Assembly: GCF_000014265.1 (NCBI RefSeq)
Contig: NC_008312.1
Span: 7,050,001-7,082,000 of the forward strand
Length of the DNA stretch: 32,000 nucleotides
Direction: 5' to 3'
Source: Trichodesmium erythraeum IMS101
Lineage (GTDB): Bacteria > Cyanobacteriota > Cyanobacteriia > Cyanobacteriales > Microcoleaceae
Of the stretch, positions 1 to 8,864 are shown piece by piece; positions within the stretch are counted from its first letter, which is position 1; each line of letters opens with the position of its first letter. Position numbers and translations under genes: made by a program. Below the pieces are notes generated by a model that was not told where the DNA came from, did no database searches, and was given only the letters and a program-made list of their open reading frames with translations.

Positions 1-473
1 AACCATGAAGAATCCTAACTTGTAACTATTGATTTGTGTAAGTTTGAGCTACAAGGTGAAATAAAACAATACATTTTTTATCCCAGTTTTAGTAAGAGCA
101 TTAAGCTATTAGCAGTCAGCTCTCAGCTTTTGAATTTATGAACTACTAAGATTACCTGATAACCAATTACATATCCTTTCCTTTCCTTTCATAACATACG
201 AAATGGGTAGCAAACGGAATCCTGTGCAAACATAATTTTTAACTCTTCTTGAAGGGTAATTCCTCCTTCTAGCTGATAGCTGATAAATGGCAGCCAAATG
301 CTTATATACGAGATTTCAAAGGAAACAATTTTTTTATAGGGAGAATAAATTCACCATGCTTGAAAAAGGGAGGCTTGAGACTCTATTTTTTGTCATTAAT
401 AATAATCTAATTTTCTTTGATTTAAGCATTTTTTACATGATCATGGAAAATATCTTGAGGAGCTATAAGCTTA

Positions 474-1247
474 CTACAACTTTAACACTTGATATTGCAC
501 ACCTGTTTCAAAAATTCTTACCCCTCCACCTTCAGCAACAGTTTGTTTTAAAACTTCAACATTACTAACAGTAACTCCTGCCAAATAATTAATCCCAAAT
601 GCCTTTAACTCTAATAACCAAGGCATACTTGGACCCATCAAAACTAACTGAGAATTTTTTGCCAACTCTACCAACCGCGGAAAAGTTTTATTAGCAATAG
701 AAGTCGCTGTTAAAAAGACCCATTCGGCCTCCGGTAATAAATATTCTGATGCAGTGTCCGGAAAGTCCTCTGCTCCCGGTTGCCGTTCAATGACAGTCAT
801 CTCCATTTCATTCTGATAACGAGACAACTTAGGATACCTACCAATAATAGCAACTTTTTTTCCACGGATCATTGGTAAAAAATATTCAAATACTGCCAAA
901 TTCCCAGGTCCATAAGGAGATAAGGGTTCTGCTTGAGTCGGAGGTAGCTTTTCCTTTCGCACAGCAGATCTTCGATTTATCTCTGCATTAATAGTTGCCA
1001 TTCCCACAGTTGCCTCAAAGCTATTCCAAGACCGCAACCATGATGCCAACTCTTTCGCAGGTTTATTTACTAGAGTTCCTGACCAAGGCAATGTGCGCGT
1101 AGTTGTACCCGGGCTCATACATAAACCAATACCTTCAGTTTCACATAAAGTCCAGGTTAAACCTATTAATATTTTTTTGATAGGAGTCGTAGTGTTGCCA
1201 TATTCTAACAATAAATCATATATTTCTTTTGGATGTATGATAGTCAT
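474..1247 (-). CDS. DUF364/DUF4213-type Rossmann-like protein (putative metal-chelation domain family)
   Basis: 257-aa ORF. The GLTWTLCETEGIGLCMSP segment is followed by a Rossmann-like KKVAIIGRYP segment, the layout I associate with DUF4213+DUF364 proteins. Assigned from memory of the family only. Confidence 0.6.
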   Translation of the reverse strand: MTIIHPKEIYDLLLEYGNTTTPIKKILIGLTWTLCETEGIGLCMSPGTTTRTLPWSGTLVNKPAKELASWLRSWNSFEATVGMATINAEINRRSAVRKEKLPPTQAEPLSPYGPGNLAVFEYFLPMIRGKKVAIIGRYPKLSRYQNEMEMTVIERQPGAEDFPDTASEYLLPEAEWVFLTATSIANKTFPRLVELAKNSQLVLMGPSMPWLLELKAFGINYLAGVTVSNVEVLKQTVAEGGGVRIFETGVQYQVLKL

Positions 1248-1852
1248 TGCAGTTATTAGTTATAAGTTATTAGTTAGTCTTCTGTAGAGGAACTGGATGA
1301 ACTCCTCCATAAATTACGTAGAATTACTATATTTAATAGGGTTTAATGGCAGTTAAACTCTACATCTAGTGTATATTTATCTGTGTAGTTAAGTCTTGAC
1401 CTGATCAGTCTAGTAGACTGACACATATTTAATGGTTTAATAAGTGTAGGTTTGGCAGCATCGAACGTAGCAAGAGCCCGTCAGGGTAACCCAACCACAA
1501 TAACACTTATATTTATATAAGGCTTACATTTTTATATCTGTTAGTCCGTGAAAGGGAGTTGGATGGCTAAAATTTATAACAGTTTTCACTTTATAACTAC
1601 AAAACTTTTGCCTGACTCCAAAAGTGCATAAGTGTCTTGAAGCAAAAATATCTGTATTTTGGAATAATGAAAACTGCTATAAGCTGTGAAAGGCATTTAA
1701 AAATCTCTCCTAACGCACCATTTTACTTATGTCAGTTTAGTATTATTATATAGGATATTATATAATATATGTCTATAATTCTATATTTAATTTTAAGGAT
1801 TATTCTTTAAGTGTTTAAGATTATACTTAATTTCAAATCAAAACTCCACTCT

Positions 1853-1981
1853 TCAATTTGAGATGGGGTATAAGCATTCAATCAGCAGATTTGATATTAG
1901 CGTGCCTAATTCTCTAACTTTGAGTAAGTTTACTTGTTATAAATTTTGATATTCAAAACTCATCAATTCAGACTGAGTCAT
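1853..1981 (-). pseudogene. Possible XRE-type helix-turn-helix remnant with an in-frame TAA
   Basis: The minus-strand frame starts at ATG 1981, 15 nt after the cyclase stop. It reads MTQSELMSFEYQNL*QVNLLKVRELGTLISNLLIECLYPISN*. The LGT..SN...IE....P.S spacing resembles an XRE HTH. The frame is too short and is interrupted at 1937-1939. Confidence 0.3.
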
Positions 1982-1996
1982 AGTAATAATTAACCA

Positions 1997-4231
1997 TTAA
2001 GTTTGCAGGGATTTATACAAAGATTCTAACTTAGCCGAAACATCAGGTGGTTTAGCCGTAAAATGAATATAAAAATTACCATTTTCTGCTTTTTTATCTA
2101 AAACTTTGCCATAAACATCCTCACTTTCTTTTCCATCCCAGAAAAAATTAATCTTAATATTAATCAAAGCATGGGGAATATTTTCCCCTGAATTTACTAC
2201 CTGAATTTCTGCTTCTTTTTTCGACAACTTTACCAAACTTCCACTCTGACCACAAGCACTAACATTTTTGCCATCTAAAACTACATAATGTAAAGAAATT
2301 GCTTCTTTTAGAGGCAAATAAATTTCTTCTTCTTTCGGTAAAAATAAATTATATTTACCACCAATACCACCAAGGTCATAAATAGTAATTGGCTTTTTTA
2401 CTCCTTTTGGCATAACCTCTTTTTTACCATTAATTTTAATTATTGATCCTACTTCATTTAAAGTAGTTTCAGAAATTAAAATTTGCCCCCCAGTAGTATA
2501 AGATTCAATTCGATAAGTTAAATTTACTTGATTGCCAACAATACCATATTTTGTCCGTTTCCAGGAACCAATATTACCAACAACAACTTCTCCTGTATTA
2601 ATCCCAATTCCCATTTCTAAAGGTGTCAAACCCCACTCTTTCATTTGTTTATTTACAGGTTCCATTGCCAACTGCATAGCAATTGCACAAGCAACAGCTC
2701 TTGTCGGATCGTCTCCTCTATAAGTAGGAGCACCAAATAAAACTAAAATTCCATCTCCCATAAACTCATCAATAGTTCCCTGATACTCAGTAATTACATC
2801 TGCCATATATCCCAAATAAAAGTTAAGAATTTTCACAACTTCTTCTGGTGGCAAACGTTCTGATGTAGCAGTAAAACCTCTGAGATCGGAAGTTAAAATT
2901 GTAATTTTACGGCGCTCGCCTCCTAACTTTAACCCTTGCGGACTTTCTAATAAAGTAGCCACTACTTCATCGGTTAAATAACGACCGAAAGTTTTGCGAA
3001 TATTCTGAGCAGTACGAGCAATATAAGCTGTAATCACAATTGCTGATGTAATCATACCTAAAAACGCAGGAACAACAGGCAACCACCAGTTCCACAAAAA
3101 AGCAATATAAGTGCTAGCAAATAAAACTCCACCAGCCACAAAAATCGTAATTACTTTCCAAATAGAAAAATAACTAACACTAACACCAGTTCGCCATTTC
3201 CAAGTTGTTGCAGATCCTACTCCAGACCAAAATAAAATCCATATCCATTCGTAGGTATCCCCCCAAATTTTAATCATGGAACGACCATCAATAGCAGAAC
3301 TAATCAGTTGACTAATTAGATTAGCATGAACTTCAACCCCACTCATAGGTTCTAAACTTCTAATTAAGCTACTACTGTAGGGAGTAGAATGTAAATCATT
3401 AAAACTTTGACCCACCGCTCCAATCAAAATAATTCGATCGCGACCCCAGTCAAGAGGTACTCGATCTTTTAAAATATCCATCATGGAAACAGTCTCGAAG
3501 GAGCGACTAGGACCACGGTAGTTCAAAATAATTAGAAAACCACCTGCATCTGCCCGTACATAGCCACCATCATCAGCTTCAAATGGTTCTAATACAGCCT
3601 TGCCTAACTGATATTTGTCACCCTCAATTTGCTCTGGGCTAATATCAAAACTCTTTAAATACCGCAAAGCAATATGAGAAGCAAAACTTAAGATATTTTG
3701 TCTATTTTGAAGGGTCACAAATAAATAAGCCCGTCGAATTTTTTGATCTGAATCTACTTTTAAATCATTAGCACCTGCCCGCTTATTCTCCTCCAAAACA
3801 GGTGCTGCTTCTGTAACGTCCGCTTGTCTTTCTCCCACTACCTTTTTAATTCCAACTATATTGGGGGTAGACTTGAATACTTCCACTAATTTCTGATGAC
3901 CAGGTTCCACAGGTAAATCCCGATAAATATCTAAGCCAATAACTTTTGGCTTCATTGCTTTCAATTTATTCAGCAAGTCCGCATAAACAGCATCAGGAAA
4001 AATTGGTTGCCCAATAGCTCTAAGGTCGTCTTCATTAATGCCCACAATAGCAATTCTATTGTCTCGACTTTCCAAAGGCCGCATACGCATATATCCATCA
4101 TAAGCGCTCCACTCCCAAAACTGTAGTAAGCCCAAAAAACGCAGTAGGATTATTAATCCTGTTATACTGGGTCCAGTTATCCAGACACCATACCATTGAT
4201 TAAAAAAACAAAGAAACTTACTCCATAACAT
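1997..4231 (-). CDS. CHASE2 sensor-domain class III adenylate/guanylate cyclase with an extra C-terminal beta-rich domain
   Basis: 744 aa. An N-terminal TM segment is followed by a periplasmic CHASE2-like region (IAIVGINEDDL, ILIGAVG). A block of TM helices comes next. The cyclase core shows ITILTSDLRGFT, FMGDGILVLFGAP, IGINTGEVVVGNIG and YGIVGNQVNLTYRIE. About 125 further residues follow the cyclase domain. Confidence 0.9.
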   Translation of the reverse strand: MLWSKFLCFFNQWYGVWITGPSITGLIILLRFLGLLQFWEWSAYDGYMRMRPLESRDNRIAIVGINEDDLRAIGQPIFPDAVYADLLNKLKAMKPKVIGLDIYRDLPVEPGHQKLVEVFKSTPNIVGIKKVVGERQADVTEAAPVLEENKRAGANDLKVDSDQKIRRAYLFVTLQNRQNILSFASHIALRYLKSFDISPEQIEGDKYQLGKAVLEPFEADDGGYVRADAGGFLIILNYRGPSRSFETVSMMDILKDRVPLDWGRDRIILIGAVGQSFNDLHSTPYSSSLIRSLEPMSGVEVHANLISQLISSAIDGRSMIKIWGDTYEWIWILFWSGVGSATTWKWRTGVSVSYFSIWKVITIFVAGGVLFASTYIAFLWNWWLPVVPAFLGMITSAIVITAYIARTAQNIRKTFGRYLTDEVVATLLESPQGLKLGGERRKITILTSDLRGFTATSERLPPEEVVKILNFYLGYMADVITEYQGTIDEFMGDGILVLFGAPTYRGDDPTRAVACAIAMQLAMEPVNKQMKEWGLTPLEMGIGINTGEVVVGNIGSWKRTKYGIVGNQVNLTYRIESYTTGGQILISETTLNEVGSIIKINGKKEVMPKGVKKPITIYDLGGIGGKYNLFLPKEEEIYLPLKEAISLHYVVLDGKNVSACGQSGSLVKLSKKEAEIQVVNSGENIPHALINIKINFFWDGKESEDVYGKVLDKKAENGNFYIHFTAKPPDVSAKLESLYKSLQT

Positions 4232-4346
4232 TCTTGATTAGCACCTTTTAGAAAAAAACAGGTTAATCTTACTAACTTTACTACACAATCAAACTGAGGC
4301 TGCCCTGAAAAAATTTAGGGGCAGTCCTGTTCCATCGTAACTAAAT

Positions 4347-5102
4347 TTATTCTTCTACTTGACAGCAAGGTGCAAAAGGCTCAGAAGCAATTTCTTCTAA
4401 TTCTACTGATCTTAATAGCTCTTCCCACTCTTTAGGGTTAGAAGTACGTAAATCTGCTACAGTTGCGATTGTATCATGCCAAATTTTGGCTTTTGCGTAT
4501 ATTTTTGCTTGTTCAAGGAGAGTGGCATTTTTTAAGCTATTTTCTAACTCTGAACTTATTTCTACTTTTTTGATAGTTCCCTGAACCAAATTGTCAGTAC
4601 CGCGATCCAAAGGGTCGCAAACTATAGCAAATGTCCAAGTGTATTCTTTGTTTGTTTTCAAAGAAACATTTTCTGGTAGAGTCAGTTTCACAATACCAGA
4701 AGTTGTAGAAATATTTAATTCCGTAGAATAGAGACTTTTACCAGATTTGTCTTTAATTTCAAATTCTGCTAACTTGGCTTTGTGTTCAGGAACATACAGA
4801 AAAAATTTGGGATTAGTAGATATTGTAGTTCCAGTATTATCTGTTGGCATTAGAGCTATCAATTCCTTCTTTTTCTTCTTTTCTCCTGTAATAGCACGAC
4901 AATATCCACGAGAACCTCCGCCAGTTGTGCCTGATGATGGGGGTCTTGAAGTATTACCAGTAGGAAACTCTACACTAATTAGCTCTGGGGTTAACTGTGC
5001 TTTTGCCAATTGCCAAGCTGAAAAGGTTACAATTATTGGAGATATTACTAAAGCTAAAAGTCCCCAATCCCAATATTTAATATTTGGCTTACCCATAATC
5101 AC
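4347..5102 (-). CDS. DUF928 domain secreted protein
   Basis: 251 aa with an N-terminal signal/TM segment. It has a GGGSRGYC motif and a YTWTFAIVCDP block typical of DUF928. It lies immediately upstream, on the same strand, of a CHASE2 protein, a pairing common in cyanobacteria. Confidence 0.7.
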   Translation of the reverse strand: MIMGKPNIKYWDWGLLALVISPIIVTFSAWQLAKAQLTPELISVEFPTGNTSRPPSSGTTGGGSRGYCRAITGEKKKKKELIALMPTDNTGTTISTNPKFFLYVPEHKAKLAEFEIKDKSGKSLYSTELNISTTSGIVKLTLPENVSLKTNKEYTWTFAIVCDPLDRGTDNLVQGTIKKVEISSELENSLKNATLLEQAKIYAKAKIWHDTIATVADLRTSNPKEWEELLRSVELEEIASEPFAPCCQVEE

Positions 5103-5734
5103 TCATATTTCCTTTAATCAAATAATTTAAGTTTATTAGTCATTCTAACATATCCCTTAATCAGTTAATTATCTATATATATTAAGAGCTCCCATCCATG
5201 GTATTTCTCAAGGAAATTTAACTCTCGATAGTGAATAGATGGTCGTATTAAATTAATTACACATTTATATAAGATAAACTATTTGCTTTCCCAAAAGCAC
5301 AGATAATCAAAATAGGTCAATAATTTTGCTGAGGTACTTATCTTCTCATTTTAGATAAATATTAATTTTTCACAGTTAATAACAGACAACATTTCATCTA
5401 AATATCTCCTCTTAATAAGTAGGGATACTCCATTTTTATTCCCTAGTATTGATTGTAAACCAGGGTACACTAAGAATCACTTAGCTTTTATCTTCCCTAT
5501 TGTCTGTTGGATTCGAAAAAAATTGGATATATGATTGAAATACTAAATAGCTTGTAGGAATTATTATATTAATGAGGTCAAGTATCTTTTTCTCTTTCCT
5601 ATTCCCTAAAATCCAAAATTTGCATCTCGCCAATTTTTAAATTGCTAATTATTATATAAATAATCAGGCTTTGCTTTCTAGGTTTTTTTTAGGTCTAGGG
5701 AGTAGTTAGGTGAAATGAGAAATGCAAAGGAAAT

Positions 5735-5882
5735 AGCCGGATATCTTTGTCCCTTACTGCCCTCTTTTTAGTAAGCCCAAAATACATTCTATGAATGAGC
5801 TTTTTGGTACTTTTTTCGACAAAAAAGCCTAAAGCATTGACAAATAAATGCTTTGAGTTAATCAGTAAGTCCTAAGCCCGAG
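5735..5882 (+). repeat. Dispersed intergenic repeat family A, copy 1
   Basis: It aligns along its length with 5993-6157. Shared segments include agccggatatctttgtccctt / agtcggatatatttgtccctt and gtcctaagcc / gccctaagc at the ends. It has an internal 8-bp hairpin, aaagcatt(5831-5838)/aatgcttt(5847-5854). Confidence 0.6.
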
Positions 5883-5992
5883 TTTGCTCTTCTTTGTCTT
5901 TTTAAGCAGCTAACCTGAATCCTGAAAAGTTAAGCTATAGAAACATTATATGCAATCTCCCCATAGAGGAGAGGGGAATCTATAGAGGAGGT

Positions 5993-6157
5993 AGTCGGAT
6001 ATATTTGTCCCTTGTGACCCTCTGGGATAAGAAGGCCAAAAATGCTAATTTTTTTAGCTCTGTGGACTAAACACTAGCGACTTTTGTTCGACTCCAAAAA
6101 GGTATTAACCAATATCAGTCAATACTTTGATACTTAATCAACAAGCCCTAAGCTTAA
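5993..6157 (+). repeat. Dispersed intergenic repeat family A, copy 2
   Basis: Second copy, about 260 bp downstream of copy 1 in the same orientation. The equivalent hairpin aaaggtatt(6098-6106)/aatacttt(6121-6128) carries compensating changes relative to copy 1. Confidence 0.6.
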
Positions 6158-6172
6158 AATTTATGTATTAGA

Positions 6173-6217
6173 TTTATGGTCAATAAACTAAGGTAAATAG
6201 CTTCCTCTTTCAAGAGG
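6173..6217 (+). repeat. Dispersed repeat family B, short copy
   Basis: tttatggtcaataaactaaggtaaatagcttcctctttcaagagg resembles the core of the copies at 6875 and 15965. It ends in a small C-rich/G-rich hairpin. Confidence 0.4.
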
Positions 6218-6258
6218 ATAAAAAAAAAGAAAATTCTAGATTTTATTGCCTTCCTATT

Positions 6259-6295
6259 ACTGATATTACTGATAACTGATAACTAATAACTGAAA
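6259..6295 (+). repeat. Heptamer tandem array (ACTGATA/ACTAATA units, STRR-like)
   Basis: Five units of actgata-like heptamers with one 2-nt interruption. The array runs directly into the ATG of the 2TM gene at 6295. Confidence 0.7.
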
Positions 6296-6792
6296 TGACA
6301 AATCCACAAAATGAAATTACTCAAACTTATGCTCAAGATGATGTTCAACAAATTCTCCAGCTTGCCTTAGTCAATCGTTCTGAAGGAGGAGAATTTACAA
6401 AAGTACAACTATTAGAAATTGCTCAAGAGATGGGTGTTTCTCCTGAAGAATTAGCAGTAGCAGAGCAGGAATGGCTTTCCCAACGGGGAGAGTTTCAGGA
6501 AAAACAAATTTTTAATCAAGTTCGCCGAGAAAAATTAAAGCAAGGTGCTATTAAATACGGTATTGTTAATTCATTTTTATTATTGCTTAATTTAGTAACT
6601 TCTCATACTTTTTCTTGGTCTTTACCAATTTTATTATTGTGGGGATTATGGTTGGCTTTGGATGTTTGGAAAACTTTTCAAATTGAAGGAGAAAACTATG
6701 AAAATGCTTTTCAAAGATGGCGTTTAAAGAAACAGTTAGGGCAATCTATTGGTTCTTTAGTTGATAAATTTTTCAAGATTGTAAAATCTTGA
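6295..6792 (+). CDS. 2TM domain-containing membrane protein
   Basis: 165 aa. A soluble acidic N-terminal half is followed by KYGIVNSFLLLLNLV...WSLPILLLWGLWLALDVW, two closely spaced TM helices as in the 2TM family. Confidence 0.65.
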   Translation: MTNPQNEITQTYAQDDVQQILQLALVNRSEGGEFTKVQLLEIAQEMGVSPEELAVAEQEWLSQRGEFQEKQIFNQVRREKLKQGAIKYGIVNSFLLLLNLVTSHTFSWSLPILLLWGLWLALDVWKTFQIEGENYENAFQRWRLKKQLGQSIGSLVDKFFKIVKS

Positions 6793-6874
6793 ATAATAAT
6801 TAGGATACTTCTATTAAATCCAGTTACTTCATATTTGAAATATTCTACTATTAGCTTTGCTAAAACTATAAGTT

Positions 6875-6952
6875 TTGTAGGGATTTGGTAACTAAAAAAT
6901 AAAGTCTCAACCCTTCCCTTTCAAGGTTAGGGAAGAAAGTATTTAAATCCCA
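6875..6952 (+). repeat. Dispersed repeat family B, copy 2
   Basis: ttgtagggatttggtaactaaaaaataaagtctcaacccttccctttcaaggttagggaag aligns at about 70% with 15965-16043. It contains the hairpin cttccct/agggaag. Confidence 0.55.
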
Positions 6953-6972
6953 ATGCTGAGGGATGCTCGGTA

Positions 6973-6993
6973 CTGATAACTAATAACTAATAA
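6973..6993 (+). repeat. Heptamer tandem array (CTGATAA/CTAATAA)
   Basis: Three consecutive heptamers of the same unit family as 6259-6295. The array lies just after family B copy 2. Confidence 0.6.
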
Positions 6994-7923
6994 TTAAAAT
7001 AACCAAATTCCTACAATATTTAATTCTACTAATAATACTATTAAAGAATTGAGATAAAATCAATAATATTTTGACTATTTTTAGTCAAATTAATGTTAAT
7101 TATTATTATGTTTACTTATTCCTATAATGATGTACTTTTCTAATTTACTGCTCAGGAAAATGTATATTTTTTTTGACCAATCAATGGTATTAAATGATTT
7201 AGTTCAGGCTATTTTATATTTTCATAATCTGGATAAGGTATTATAAATAGTTTATGAATTTTTTTGAAAAAGAAGATATTTTTTTATTATTAATTTAGCT
7301 AAATTAATATTATAGTAACGGTGATAAATATTTGCCACAAATACTTATTTTACTACAAATACTTGTATCATTTATATTAGTTAGTAGTTAGTATTTAGTA
7401 GAAAGATATGTTATTATCATTTTCTAGCCTGAAACAATTCTATGATAACAAATATACCAATAAAAAAGTACTTTTAGGGAATTTCATTATTGCCCCGATG
7501 TCTGCAAAACTATCCCTTTACAATCCAAATTAATTGCCTTAGCTAAAATACATAGTGCTATATATATCTAACTTTAACTATTTTTGCCAACTAAATTATT
7601 CAAACATATTCTTTTTTTATCCATGGTTTTATATGAATAAAAAAATCTACATATCAGCAATAAAATAAGCGATTGCTCACCTAAATTATGAAAAAAGCGA
7701 CCGTGCTAAATTTATCAATAATTTTTTGAAAAATTGAATTGCAAGTATTCAGATATCATCTTTTAAAAAAAATAACTCTCAGATTAACTAATGACATTTT
7801 TATTTATAACTTTTAATTTTCTTTAGAGACTAATTCCTCCTGAATTATGTGATCATGAATTAATAACTAATAGCTAACAGCTCTTTATGCAGCACAATCC
7901 AATAAATGCTGATATATACCTAA

Positions 7924-8847
7924 CTAAAACCTATCAATTCGTCGCGCTTTATCTGGTAATCTTGCTTCTTTTTGACCGATAATTCTTGCCCTACCATTTA
8001 GCAAACCAATAGGAGTATTAAATAACTCCACTAATTCGGCTTTACCTGATATAATTTTCACCGTTGTTAACGGTAATTCTTTTAATAACCATCTGCTCAA
8101 ACGATACAAATATTCTTTAGTTTTCAACTCTCTCATTAAATCAACACCGTACAGTTCATGCAAATATTTATTTGACTTTCCATACCTGCGCCATTGACTT
8201 TGTAAATCCTTCCATGTTGAACGATGTCGATGTCTAACTATCGCATTTTCTACAAATTTAAACTGATAAGATGTTTCTCGTAAAATCCGCCAACAAATAT
8301 CAGCATCTCCACCTGTTGTTAAGTAAGAACGAAATAATCCTACTTCTAAAAATACTTGCTTTCTAATAGCTAAATTAGCAGTTTGACCATAAGGGCAAAA
8401 TGGATGAGCTAAAGTATATTTTTGGGAGAGAATCTCTTGTTTATCTGCATATTTTTCTAATAAACTTTTACCAGGCAAAGAAATTACTTCTCCTACTACA
8501 ATACCAACATTAGGGTCAGAAAATGGCTGAATTAAATTTTCTAACCATTGAGGTTGAGGACGACAGTCAGCATCAGTAAAAGCAATTATTTCGCTATTAG
8601 CTGCCCGAATACCAGCATTACGAGCAGCATAAGAACTTTGAATCTGATTTTCTTGCAGTGGGCGAATTGTATTTGCCTTTGACTCTGCTGCTGCTTGAAT
8701 AATGGAACTACTATGATCGCTACTATTGTTATCTACTAATAAATATTCTACTTGCTCAAGAGTGTAGGTTTGCGATCGTAGACATTCTATCAAGTCTGGT
8801 AAATCTTTCTCACCATTATAAATTGGTATAACTACAGAAACCAACAT
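7924..8847 (-). CDS. Family 2 glycosyltransferase
   Basis: 307 aa. It starts with VSVVIPIYNGEKDL, has the FTDADC (DxD) motif and a downstream GGDADICWR block, all typical of the GT2 (GT-A) fold. Confidence 0.85.
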   Translation of the reverse strand: MLVSVVIPIYNGEKDLPDLIECLRSQTYTLEQVEYLLVDNNSSDHSSSIIQAAAESKANTIRPLQENQIQSSYAARNAGIRAANSEIIAFTDADCRPQPQWLENLIQPFSDPNVGIVVGEVISLPGKSLLEKYADKQEILSQKYTLAHPFCPYGQTANLAIRKQVFLEVGLFRSYLTTGGDADICWRILRETSYQFKFVENAIVRHRHRSTWKDLQSQWRRYGKSNKYLHELYGVDLMRELKTKEYLYRLSRWLLKELPLTTVKIISGKAELVELFNTPIGLLNGRARIIGQKEARLPDKARRIDRF

Positions 8848-8864
8848 TTTCAGTCTTTCAATTA

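Noticed and set aside
190-300. Minus-strand frame ...IWLPFISYQLEGGITLQEELKIMFAQDSVCYPFRML*, considered as a gene remnant downstream of the DUF364 gene
   Set aside because: It has only about 37 codons and no start, and I cannot place it in any family.
287-568. 93-aa plus-strand ORF overlapping the 3' end of the DUF364 gene
   Set aside because: It partly overlaps a better-supported gene on the other strand. The product is AT-codon low complexity (F/L/I/N/K-rich), and I saw no family resemblance.
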